DNA of 64,000 bases from Octopus sinensis (lineage: Eukaryota). Positions 51,028 through 63,794 of the stretch are shown piece after piece (the first letter of the stretch is position 1; each line of letters begins with the position of its first letter). The translations under genes and the position numbers were made by a program. The notes under the pieces are model-generated. The model had not been told where the DNA came from and searched no databases. It worked only from the letters and a program-made list of their open reading frames with translations. The stretch lies in the NCBI RefSeq assembly GCF_006345805.1, contig NC_043014.1, positions 47,244,001 to 47,308,000 of the forward strand. The letters are read 5' to 3'.

Positions 51028-52778
51028 TTGGAAAGCAAGCTTCTTACCATGCAACCACACCTTTTGTACAAATTTGTTAGAAGATGTGGAAGGATAGAGA
51101 CCGTGAACTTTCGAAGGTCTTCAGTGATTGGTCAGATTGTGATGTGACCCTCCATATCAAAACAGCTGATCTTCACTGAAGCACTTTCGATATCAACTTA
51201 CCCATGATGCAAACTTTCTGTTCTCAAGTGATCAGGACTAAAACCTTTTGTAAAAATTTCATTTTATCTTTCAAACATTTTATCTTAATAACAACAAAAT
51301 AATTTTACCAAATTCCTCATTATTTTAATATAATGAACTTATTGTATACAGTGCTCAGGTGCACTGCAAAGTTAATTAAAACAAAGCAGAATATTTCAAT
51401 AGAAATATGGTGACAAAAGTGTTTGGTGTTTAACGCTTGTAGTCTTTGTATGTATGGTGGTTGTTGTTGTTGTTGTTGCTCTCCCAACATTCCATTGCCA
51501 GACACTTATTGCGGCACTTGGAGGTTCAGTAAGTGTTTGAGCTATTTTTGTAGTCGCTCCTCTGGTGAGCCATTCCAGATAAAATCAGACCAGGATTTAA
51601 AGTGTTGCTCTGGTGTTGAGGAGACGTGACGTGGAACAGGAGGTAGGTGGTAACTGGTGAGTGTATCACTCGGTCCGGAACTACATGGCTGGAAGTAGAA
51701 AGGATTGTGATCTTAGGCAGTGACAATACCATCGTTGTCATTGTCTCTCAATGAAAACAATACACATTTGAATCATTTTACCACCACTAATGACTGTCAT
51801 ATTTATATATGCACACACACCCATAAGGATCAATCTGCCATTTCATACACACACACACACACACCACACACACACACACACCACACACACACACACACAA
51901 TTGTCATCATCATCATCAACATTGTCCATCCTTCCATGCTGACTTAGGTTGGCTGGTTTTAGAGAATTCACAAAGTCAGAGGACTACATTATGTCCCAGT
52001 ATCTCCTTTTTCATGGTTTCTACAACTGGTTGCCCTTCCTAACACTAACCACATTACAGGATGTACTGGAGGCTTTTATTTCTTATTTTCTTTTTGTAGC
52101 ACCTGTGCTAGTGTTGTTACTATGTAACCACAAGACTAAAAAGACTGCCTGACTTAGTGAGAGTGTAGTAGAGAGGGAGACAGCTTTACGATAGAAGATG
52201 AGAAAGCTAAAGTATGAGGGAAGGGTCAAGAACAGGTTTCCTGCTCTAGAGGAGATACATGGCTTCCTCGCATTATAAAAAAGTGAGTGGAACATTCAAG
52301 AGTATAAGGAATGCGAGTGAGGAACACTATACTACTACACATACATACACGCATGCACGTGTGCGTGTATACAATGACTAAACTCTGTGTGTGTGTGTGT
52401 GTGTGGATTATTTACCATCTGCTTTCCGTGCTGGCATCGGTTTAGATGATTTGACGGGAACTAGTAAGCTAGAGATCTCCGCCAAGTTCCAGTCTGATTT
52501 AGCATGGTTTCTACAGATGGATGCCCTTCCTAATGCCAACCACTTCAAGAGTGTAATGGGCTCTGGTTCATTACAGCTGTTTCAGAGGTTTTTTTTTATT
52601 GATAAACAAACCAATTACATCCTGTAAAAAAAAAAGCATTTTTTTTTCTTCAGGTGAATTAAATTAAAGTAAAATTTAACGCGTGGCACCTTGGGCAAGT
52701 TTCTTCTACTATAGCCTCGGGCCGACCAAAGCCTTGTGAGTGGATTTGGTAGACGGAAACTGAAAGAAGCCCGTTGTA

Positions 52779-52830
<52 letters not shown>

Positions 52831-53116
52831 CGTGTGTGTTTGTGTGTCTGAGTTTGACCCCTAGCATTACTTGACAATCGATGCTGGTGTGTTTACGTCC
52901 CCGTCACTTAGCAGTTTGGCAAAAGCGACCGATAGAATAAGTACTGGGCTTACAAAGAATAAGTCTCGGGGTTGAGTTGCTCGATTAAAGGTGGTGCTCC
53001 AGCATGGCCACAGTCAAATGACTGAAACAAGTAAAAGAGTAAAGAGTATTTAAGATGTTTCACACAAATAGTATAGGATGCATATTGACTCACTCATCTT
53101 GGTACCATTCGAGAGA

Positions 53117-53470
53117 GTTAGTTAGTTAATTTTTGGCTCAAAAATCAAAAAGCAAGGCCATGTAGGGGGGACATGGAGTTATGTACAGGGTGGTGCTCAT
53201 GTAAAGAGTTCAAGCCACTTGTGGTCAAGGGAGACTTTGAACCGAGCGGTCGTCAGCATCTTCACTATCTCATTTGGCAGCTTATTCCACGGATCCGCAA
53301 CCCGGACGGAGAAAGCCCCTCTCCTTCGATTGAGATGAAATCGTCGCAGATAGAGCTTTTCGGAGTGACCCCGCAGCCGACGCTCTGGAGCAGGAGTGAA
53401 GAACAGCTCTTTTGAGAGGTTACACTTTCCGCTTATGATGTTGTGAGCAAGAATGAGATCACCACGGAAT
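53117..53470 (-). mobile_element. CR1-clade LINE 3' fragment (copy 1)
   Basis: Open 90 aa FRGDLILAHNII...RLRGHSEKL...AFSVRVADPWNKLPNEIV..FKVSLD (53197-53469); (TAAC)n tail. Confidence 0.85.
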
Positions 53471-53830
53471 ACTATTTTGTTGTTAACTGATGCTTGGCAA
53501 CAAATCTGTGGACATTTCTAGAAGATGGAGAAAGAGAAGAAAAAAACTCCCATCCCAGTTACAAGAGGTTAAAGGGTCTTTAGACTGTGACATCATTTTC
53601 AGATAAGCAGATGGGGCATCTCAATGATTGTCCTACATGCTACTAAGAGAGGCAAGGAAAGAATGGATGATAAATAATAAAATAAAAAATGAAAATAAAA
53701 ATGTACAAATAGAAGTAACACAGAATAATTATTATAAGGGAATCATAAAAAAAACCCCAATAAAATGTAAAGACATAGATACAAGCAGAGCACAGAAAAC
53801 ACTCACACACATCAAAGCACCTCATATATA

Positions 53831-53862
<32 letters not shown>

Positions 53863-54151
53863 GTGCGTGTGTGTTTGTGTGTCTGAGTTTGACCCCTAGC
53901 ATTACTTGACAATCGATGCTGGTGTGTTTACGTCCCCGTCACTTAGCAGTTTGGCAAAAGCGACCGATAGAATAAGTACTGGGCTTACAAAGAATAAGTC
54001 TCGGGGTCGAGTTGCTCGATTAAAGGTGGTGCTCCAGCATGGCCACAGTCAAATGACTGAAACAAGTAAAAGAGTAAAGAGTATTTAAGATGTTTCACAC
54101 AAATAGTATAGGATGCATATTGACTCACTCATCTTGGTACCATTCGAGAGA

Positions 54152-54505
54152 GTTAGTTAGTTAATTTTTGGCTCAAAAATCAAAAAGCAAGGCCATGTAG
54201 GGGGGACATGGAGTTATGTATAGGGTGGTGTTCATGTAAAGAGTTCAGGCCACTTGTGGTCAAGGGAGACTTTGAACCGAGCGGTCGTCAGCATCTTCAC
54301 TATCTCATTTGGCAGCTTATTCCACGGATCCGCAACCCGGACGGAGAAAGCCCCTCTCCTTCGATTGAGATGAAATCGTCGCAGATAGAGCTTTTCGGAG
54401 TGACCCCGCAGCCGACGCTCTGGAGCAGGAGTGAAGAACAGCTCTTTTGAGAGGTTACACTTTCCGCTTATGATGTTGTGAGCAAGAATGAGATCACCAC
54501 GGAAT
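54152..54505 (-). mobile_element. CR1-clade LINE 3' fragment (copy 2, in tandem duplication)
   Basis: Same sequence offset by 1035 bp. Confidence 0.85.
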
Positions 54506-54855
54506 ACTATTTTGTTGTTAACTGATGCTTGGCAACAAATCTGTGGACATTTCTAGAAGATGGAGAAAGAGAAGAAAAAAACTCCCATCCCAGTTACAAG
54601 AGGTTAAAGGGTCTTTAGACTGTGACATCATTTTCAGATAAGCAGATGGGGCATCTCAATGATTGTCCTACATGCTACTAAGAGAGGCAAGGAAAGAATG
54701 GATGATAAATAATAAAATAAAAAATGAAAATAAAAATGTACAAATAGAAGTAACACAGAATAATTATTATAAGGGAATCATAAAAAAAACCCCAATAAAA
54801 TGTAAAGACATAGATACAAGCAGAGCACAGAAAACACTCACACACATCAAAGCAC

Positions 54856-54908
<53 letters not shown>

Positions 54909-55254
54909 ATTTTTCAATGTGTACAAATAACAAGGGAAAAATAAATAGATAGTTACCAGGGTAGCAAAAATTCACATAAGTGCCAAGGATATTAAAGCCT
55001 ACTTATAAAGGTAGAAATTCCAGGGTTAAGTGAAATATAAATTAAGAAAAGGAGTCAGATGTGTTTGACACCATTTCATAATTTATTCACACACACACAC
55101 ATATATATAGGCGCAGGCGTGGCTGCTTCCCAACCACATGGTTCCGGGTCCAGTCCCATGCATGGTACCTTGGGCAAGTGTCTTCTACTATGGCCTCAGG
55201 CCAACCAAAACCTTGTGAGTGGATTTGGTAGATGGATACTGGAAGAAGCCCATC

Positions 55255-55294
<40 letters not shown>

Positions 55295-55479
55295 TCTTGT
55301 GTGTGTCTGCTTGTTCCTCCACCATCGCTTGACAACCAATGCAGGTTTGTTTATGTCCCCGTAACTTAGTGGTTTGGCAAAAGAGACGGATAAAATAAGT
55401 ACTAGGCTTAGAAAGAATAAGTCCTGGGGTTGTTTTCTTTGACTGACACTCTTTAAGGCAGTGCTCCAGCATGGCCAAA

Positions 55480-55806
55480 GATCCCCTTCGGTCATGAATG
55501 ATCATGGGATTACACCTAGAAAGTTCCCCTCTGAAGCACAAGTCCGGGCAAGGCTTTTTGTGGAAGACCAGCAGTCGCCTTTGCATACCAGCTTCCCCAC
55601 TCCATGCCACTAATGTTATCCAAGGCAAAGGCAAAGGCCGGTACACCAGTGATGTTGCAACTCATTTCTACAGCTGAGTGAACTGGAGCAACGTGAAATA
55701 AAGTGTCTTGCTCAAGAACACAACACACAGCCCGGTCCGGGAATCAAACTCACAACATCACGATTGTAAGGTCATTGCCCTAACCACTGAGCCATGCGCC
55801 TTCACA
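55480..55806 (-). mobile_element. tRNA-head SINE (5' module B + 3' module Z)
   Basis: tggctcagtgg A box, gagtttgattcc B box; truncates the adjacent family 1 SINE. Confidence 0.8.
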
Positions 55807-56770
55807 TACATATACTCACACAAAGAACAGCTATGGAATTATATTTTAAGATTATAGTTGGCGGAAGTGGCGACGGTAGATTTAATGTTGATGATAATGT
55901 TGTTATTGAAATCAATTTATTTCTTTCGCCAAATTCTATGAGAAATTTTCCCCTATTTACTGAATTCTCAATCAATAGAGAATCAGAATTAATTTGACCA
56001 AGTTTACACAGAAAACTGTTTTAATTTACTGTTCTTTGTTTTTATGGAAATTTCCTTGTGTCTCTTTGAACCGAGACCTTCACAGAAGGCAAGCCGTCTC
56101 AAAAGAATTATTGACCAACTTCAAGTTTCCATTTTTGGAAAACTACTCAAGTTTTTAGTTGAATCATTTGAAACCTGAGTGGCGGCCTCTTGTTGTTGAC
56201 CACTCACCACCACAGTCATCACACCATTGCCAACCATCACCATTACACCTTCCCCACTGCCATCACCACAACCCCCACCGCTATCCTGTCACAACCACCA
56301 CTCACCACAGCCATCATTCCTATCATCATCATACCATTCCCACTTACCAACACCACTGCCACAACCATCACCACTACCACCATCAACATTTGCCTCCACA
56401 ACCACCACCACCATCATCATCATCATCACTTACAGTTTTAACATCCCATGTCTGGTGTTGGAAGTAAAAAAAAATTGCCATGCTGGTTTTAATTTGGGAT
56501 TTCTGATGATTTGTAGACATGAGGTGCATGTGATGTAGAATCCTTCATCCAGATTAAATGAGACTTCAGCTTGGTGCAACAATACAAATCTGCTTGTATA
56601 TTTTTTAGCCACAACCAAACTGACCCCTAACTGGCACAGACCTTTCTTGCACTGAGCCCTAATTTACACAGACCTCTGTAACACTGACTCCTGACATAGA
56701 CATCTGTGACACTGACCCCCCCACGTAACTGATACTGATCCCAAAGATTTAGGATTCTTCAGGTTTTTAA

Positions 56771-56975
56771 CCCCTTGCAGACAGTCTGTGCTCTGCACTG
56801 GTATTAGGCCATTCAGTAATTACATAATTTGTCATACAAAGAATTTTACAGTGTATTTACCAATTCCTCTCAGTGTGGTATATTTGAAAACACAGTGCCA
56901 CACAGAGCAAGACATTGCACTGCTCTCGCACACAGTGTTCCAATGCGGTCAGTACTTCTTCCCATCTGCAAGGAG
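56771..56975. mobile_element. piggyBac-like MITE, 205 bp
   Basis: TTAA|CCCCTTGCAGA ... TCTGCAAGGAG|TTAA. Confidence 0.7.
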
Positions 56976-57005
56976 TTAAATATATAAACTTCAGTCTCAG
57001 CCTAC

Positions 57006-57178
57006 CTCGGACCATGTTAAGGCCAAAAATTATTTACATAAAAAAAGTGCTTTTTTTCTATGAAAATCCCTATTTTTTAACGTTTTTTTTTTACTGCTGT
57101 GTCACCATTTTTCGGTGTATTTCAACCAGAAAAATGTTCACTTAAAGAGAATAACAAGCTGCATAATGCAAAATTTTT
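57006..57178 (+). mobile_element. Internal fragment of the 57683 Helitron-like element
   Basis: Close match to about 57861-58030. Confidence 0.7.
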
Positions 57179-57682
57179 AACATCTAGTTCTCCCCGTGTT
57201 GGTAGTTTTCATAGAAGTGGATAAACAAGTTATATTTCCTCTTGGATTGGATGATAATTTACTGTTATAAATAATTTTACGGCTGTGACGAATAAAAATT
57301 TAGGTGAGTAAGATTTTGCTGGCCTGCCCTAAACCCAATGAAATACCTAGACTCAGGCTCAAACCTATAACTTATGGAATGGTAGGCAGTTCTGTACATT
57401 ATCCATTCTGATACTTCACACATACATATGTATGCAGGCATGTGTGTGTGTATGTGTGTTTTATATATACTCCTGTGAGTTAACATGTCATCCCTTGACG
57501 ACAATGTGACCTTCATTTGACTAAGGTATCTTTGGCCTGCTGAGCATATAGTGGAGTGCCCCTCGTTTGGATAATTACTGCTTCCAAGGTTCTGCTAGCT
57601 AGGAAACATATGTAGCCTGGATTTTATCTGCTCCATTCCCTAAATTTGGATATATATATTATATAAAGGCAGCGAGCTTTAA

Positions 57683-58093
57683 TCTATATATTTAATTTAT
57701 ATATATCTATGTATATAAAGTTGAAGTTGTCTGTGTATGGCAGGTTTGGTAGCCTTCAACTAACACTATCTCCTCCGAGACCCTGCGGTGCAAGTTGACC
57801 AAAATTGAGAGTATGATAGAAGAAGGCTTGCTCTTCCTTCCGTAGAAGAAAAAATTCAAATCGGACCATGTTAAGACCAAAAATTATTTACATAAAAAAG
57901 TGCTTTTTTTCTATGAAAATCCCTATTTTTTACGATTTTTTTTACTGCTGTGTTGCCATTTTTCGGTGTATTTCAACCAGAAAAATGTTCACTTAAAGAG
58001 AATAACAAGCTACATAATGCAAAATTTTTACTTTTCAAATATTCCAATTCTAAAGGGTCGAAGCAAACCTGAGCAATGCCGGGCGATATGTTA

Positions 58094-58094
<1 letters not shown>
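57683..58094 (+). mobile_element. Non-autonomous Helitron-like element (second family)
   Basis: A|TC start, cctgagcaatgccgggcgata..TTAG|T end, similar to the 34253 terminus. Confidence 0.65.
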
Positions 58095-58139
<45 letters not shown>

Positions 58140-59122
58140 GCAGTGAGCTTTAATCATTGTTGCCAAGATACAGAGTGAATCGCAGAAGGTCCTCTACTTG
58201 CTTATAGAAAATGACTTCCAGGCCATATTCGATAAGTGGCAGGAACACAGGGACTGGAGTATCGCTATGCAAGGTGACTATTTCAGAGATGATCTTAAAA
58301 CTTAGGTAAATAAGTTATTTTTTATTAAACATAACTAGTCTGAGAACTCTTTGATACCACCTCGTATAGTATAAAAAAAAAACACTGTTTACTTTAAAGC
58401 TAGGTGAAATGAAACTGCCCTAGAAGTGAATGAGAATGAAATATATTGATATTTCACAGTATTTTCTGCTCATCAGTGCCAGATACTTGCCTCACTTCCA
58501 AAATGAATTCAAATTGCTAGTTAGATGTATATGCAGATAGGATAACATCTATCTGCTGATGTGTATATTGTATTGTTGAAGCTGGAAAAGCTTCACAAAC
58601 TGTTTTGTATGACCCTTCATCAGTTGTGAGCATTCAGAACAATTCAAAAATTTATAAGTATGTATAAGTGTTCATGATTGCCAACTCATCAATTAAACAT
58701 TTGTAGTTGACTGGGAAAATATTTTTCAAGATAATTGGGAATTGTTATATATAAAAGCAAACAGCTGTAATGGAAAATTATATAAACATCAAGGGGTGTT
58801 GAATAAAGATTTTTTAAAAATTAGATATATAAAATGGATAGTAAAAAATTGTAGGGACTGGTATGAAAATATACAGAAATAAAATAAACCTTGTCAGAAG
58901 TAAGAGGTTGCAAGTTATTAAAATAGAATTAAGGTGAAAGTAAGAACTAGAAAATTATAATGTGAGTGAACAAGTAATAGATAAAAGATACACACACACA
59001 CACACACATGATGGGCTTCTTTCCGTTTTTGTCCACCAAATCCACTCACAAGGCTTTGCTCGGCCCAAGATGCCATGTGGTTGGGAAGCAAGCTTCTTAA
59101 CATGCAACCATGTCTGCACCTA

Positions 59123-59502
59123 CACTTGCGTCAGAAATTAATTAGCACTTCTCAAATTTCTACATTAAATAGGTTAAATCAATTAACCTATGAGCTGTTC
59201 AAAACGTCTTATGCGATGAGAAAACTTAGTATGGTGTGATTTCGGTCCTTGCGAGGCGCTACCTATATCTATTAAACAAAGGAAGATTTGTCTGCATCCG
59301 CACTCCAAGTTGTTGTTGCACTGCTATGTCAACATCATAAGGCTGTAGACTCTCAAACTGCTCTGCAAACAAAGTTACGTCATCGTTCTGCGCAACAGTG
59401 AACTCGCAACAAAGCAATAGTTCGAGATATGGCCACTAGGTGACAGCACATACCTTGAGTGAAGAGCAAATCAAGGGTGCTAATTAATTTCTGACGGTAG
59501 TG
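59123..59502. mobile_element. Tc1/mariner-type MITE, 380 bp
   Basis: 26-bp TIRs CACT(TG/AC)CGTCAGAAATTAATTAGCAC; TA on both flanks. Confidence 0.8.
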
Positions 59503-59571
59503 TATATATATATAGATAGATAGATCGTTAGCCACTACGCACATTTTTTTCTCTCCTTGTTTTCTGTGTTC

Positions 59572-59607
59572 CTTTCTGTAGAAGAGCGTAGGCTCAAAAC
59601 GTAAAAG
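59572..59607 (+). ncRNA. Degenerate minimal hammerhead-like motif (Penelope-like LTR remnant)
   Basis: CTTT-CTGTAGA-A-GAGC gtag GCTC-AAAAC-GTA-AAAG; stems I and II pair, but A6 and G12 are substituted. Confidence 0.4.
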
Positions 59608-60536
59608 ACTTTTTCTATTCCTGAGAGTTATGCTAATACATCTGTTTGTTTTGTACACCACCTGTCTTCGTCTTTTGTTTTTTTCTGTAAACTTTCCCTA
59701 TATATATATATATATATGTAAATTAAATTAGAGATAAAACCACTATTAGGCAAATCAAACTGAAAAACATAAACCAAAACATAGAAATAATTAATATCAT
59801 ATTCAAAATATATAAAATATAAAATTTTAAAATTTAAATTATTTAAATTTAAAATTAAAATTATTAATTTATATTTATAAATTTTTATTTTTTATTTATT
59901 TTTTAAAAATTAAATATATATAACTATCAAAAGGTATTAAAAGCTTTAATATATATATACCTACATACACACAGATGAGTGGACATATATATATATGTAG
60001 GTTGCTGGAGGTTTCCACTGTTTTTTATAAACCACTCATTGCTTTCTTTCTAACCTTCTAAGGACCCTAACCACAAGTAAAGGAAGTCCCTTGAGAGAAT
60101 TAATAGATATGTAGTACATGTGAATCCAAAGGCACAGTTTTCAGAAACACAACAGTGTTAATAGTGAATATGTTTGTTGCTCTTCAAACATGTTGTTGGA
60201 TGTTGGAACTTACACTGGGCTTCTGTCAGTATCTCCTTCCCTTTTATCTGACCCCAATCTTGACTGTTCCACCATGGGGCACCAACCACTCATCAGTCAA
60301 TACTCTACTCCTGGGGGCTGATAGAACCCTGTCAGATCATTGGACAAAATGCTTACCGACATTTCTTCCATCTCTTTACGTTCTGTTTTCAAACCTTGCC
60401 AAGGTCAACTTGGCCTTTCGTCCTTTTGGAGGTCAATAACATAAAAACCAGTCAGATACTGAGTTTGATGTAACTAACACCCTCCCCCCTAAATTTTTAG
60501 CCTTGTGCCAAAATTTGAAACAATTATTATTATTAT

Positions 60537-61028
60537 ATTGAGTGAGAGAGCAGTTCATGCCATCAAAGTGACACTGGGGTAAAATATACGAAGCCCAATA
60601 TACCCATCATGACTACCCGTCTGATAAGGGTACACCAAGCACATGCATCACAACCATATGTGTGCGACATGGTGATCTCATATCAAGATAAACAGCACAT
60701 GACCTTGCAGGTGGGGCCCAGTTAGAATTTTCTTCAGGTTGAGTAGCCCATCCTGCTCAAAAGGTCCATGAATAAGGGTTGTTTAAGGATGTTGAAAGAA
60801 CCACCCATGTTTCCAGAGGTGAACTATTCAAACCCCAAAGAATCCCTCTCAACACATGGCTATGATGCTCCCCCACTACTTCTGCTCGTGATCAGAGATG
60901 CACATATCGTCAGCCACTATGGGACATGCTCAACTGGTTAAGGTCAAACAACTGACAAGCAAATCTGTGGTATTGAGCAGAATATTTGCTGTAGCCCATC
61001 TTTTATACCAAGACAAAACAATGTACAT
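60537..61028 (-). mobile_element. Unclassified interspersed element with (TAA)n tail
   Basis: About 490-bp complex block bounded by TTA/TAA repeats; resembles a recalled octopus repeat but has only one copy here. Confidence 0.35.
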
Positions 61029-63740
61029 TATTATTATTATTTAAGATGGTGAACTGGCAGATATTTTATCATGCTGGACCAAACGCATAGAAGCATTTCA
61101 TCCATCTATATGTTCAGAATTCAAATTTCACTGAGGTCAGCTTTGCTTTTCATGCTTTCAAGGTTGATGAAATAAGTACCAGTTGCGCACTGGGGTCAAT
61201 GTAATTCATTAGCTCCCTCCCCCAGACTTCCAGGCATTGTGGGCTAATGTAGAAAGAGTTATTATTTCAGAATTTGGCACAAGGCCAGTAGTTTCGAGGG
61301 GAGGGGTTAATCAAAAACCATTGACCTCAGTACTTGATTAGTACTTTAATTTTATTGATCCAGAGAGGATGAAAGGCAAAGAGGACCTTGGTGGGATTTG
61401 AACTCGGAATGTAGTCGGAACAAATATCACAAAATACTTTAATCGATGGTCTAATAATTCTCTTGGACTGTGATGGTATTGGTTATGGAGCAATAATTTC
61501 CTTCAGGACTAAGGCAGTGAGCTGGCAGAGTTGTTAGCACATCAGGCAAAATGCTTAACAACATTTTGTCTGTCTTTACATTCTGAGTTCAAATTCTGCC
61601 GAGGTCAACTTTGCCTTTCATCCTTTCAGGATTGAAAAAATTAGTACCAGTTGAGTAGTGGGGGTCGATGTAATTGACTTATCCCCTCCCTCAAAATTTC
61701 TGGCCTCGTGCCAACATTTGAAACCAATATTTCCTTCAGGACTGTCGGACTGTCTTTCACCAAACATCTGGCTTTGGTGATAGGACTGAAGCGTGGGGGA
61801 GACAGAGCTGACTCTCAGGCTCTCTACTACCACCTTCACCATAACCATCAGTACCACCTCCACCACGACCATCAACGCTGCCTCCACCACAACCATCAAT
61901 GCCACCTCCACTATACATTGTTCGAGTGAATAAATATAGAAATCTATTACATTTTTATTGATGTAACTTTTACTGCAAAGACTGGTACACAATAATAATA
62001 ATAATAATAATGTTGCTAGAAAGTTAAGGGTAAGGCACAGTGTCACCAGTAACAATAAGAGGTGGAGGAGAGAATTAATAACAATGGTAATTGTTGCTTC
62101 TTTAATGAGATAAAAGCTGGAAGGAAAATGGAAATAAAGTGTGCATGTGTGTGTGTGTGTGTGTGTGTGTGGTGGGGAACAAATGCAGTGAATGTGAAGG
62201 TGGTGATGGTAGCGGTGGTATGATGAAGAGAGAACAGTCAGTTTTGCATTCATTCCCCTCTAGTTGTTGTGTAGCGTAGCAAGCAGCCTGGTCAGTGTTA
62301 CTCACTGTACACCATTGAACGGTTATCGATTTCCTCCCCCTCTTCCTCCTCTGCCTCCTCCCCTTCCTCCTCCGTTTTTCTTCCTCGCAGTGTTCAGTTT
62401 GAAGAAAAGATGTCAGTAAAAACAGACCTCATCATCCATGTTAACTCTTGGAACGTTCTGACATGGAGCTTTTTAACCGTGATGCGGGGGGGGGATGTTT
62501 GCGGTGCGTGGAAGCGACACGCATGTGATATGGTGTGTGTGTAACATGTGGTGTGTGTGTGTAACATGTGGTGTGTGTGTGTGCGGTTGTATGTAAGGTA
62601 GTGTGTCTGTTTGTGTATGTGTGTTGTGTGTGTGTGTGTGTGGTTGTATGTAAGGTAGTGTGTCTGTTTGTGTGTGTGTGTGTGTTTGTATGTATGTATG
62701 TATGTATGTGTGTGTGTGGTTGTATGTAATGTAGTGTGGCTGTTTGCGTATGTATGTATATATGTGTGCGTATGGAAATCCTGGAGCATTGTACCATGTA
62801 GCTTCATTGTGTTTTGGTGTATGCAGTGGGTGGTTGGTGTATGAATGTATGCATGTGTGGTATGTGTATAGGAAATCCTGGAGCATTTCGACATAGTCAG
62901 CTGTGTGTGTGTCCGTGTGTCCTTTATACATCATCGTCATTCTATATCTGTACAGCTGTTTTCCCATGTTTGTATGGATTGGTGGATGGGTCTACTGCAG
63001 CATAATGCTTTTGTGTATGTCTGTGTGTCTGATTTTGGTTGGTTTAATATTATTCAACTATATCTGTCTCCTGTTTTCCTGTTAATAATTGCTAGTTATG
63101 TTTCTCATAAAATGAGGACTTGTATGTTTGTGTGTGCACACATACACACACACACACATGTATAAGCACTTGTGTATATCACATACAGACGTGTGTGCAT
63201 GTATGTATATATATATATATATGTTCGGCAAAAGAGACCGATAGAATAAGTACTAGGCTTACAAAGAATAAGTCCGGGGGTCGATTAGCTCGACTAAAGG
63301 CGGTGCTCCAGCATGGCCACAGTCAAATGACTGAAACAAGTAAAAGAGAGAAAAGAGTATATATATATATATATATATATAGGCACCTTGGGCAAGTGTC
63401 TTCTATAGCCTCGGGCCGACCAAAGCCTTGTGAGTGGATTTGGTAGACGGAAACTGAAAGAAGCCCGTCGTGTATATATATATATATATATATTATAATA
63501 AGAGATATATATATATATGTGTGTGCGTGTATATTTATGTGTCTATGTTTGTCCTCCTAGCATTGCTTGACAACCGATGCTGGTGTGTTTACGTCCCCGT
63601 CACTTAACGGTTCGGCAAAAGAGACTGATAGAATAAGTACTGGGCTTACAAAGAATGTCCCAGGGTTGAGTTGCTCGACTAAAGGCGGTGCTCCAGCATG
63701 GCCGCAGTCAACTGACTGAAACAAGTAAGAGTGTATATAT

Positions 63741-63794
<54 letters not shown>

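Larger units (their letters stand above)
52790..54898. repeat. Tandem duplication, unit 1035 bp, bounded by (TA)n
   Basis: ORF pairs 53173/54208 and 53628/54663; about 4 substitutions noticed. Confidence 0.95.

Noticed and set aside
62391-62500. Strong polypyrimidine acceptor; frame FEEKMSVKTDLIIHVNSWNVLTWSFLTVMRGG, faintly like TRPM KPDLLLHL..W..ISVHGG
   Set aside because: The best acceptor (62390) gives an immediate stop in phase 0, there is no convincing donor, and the YVRV motif is absent.
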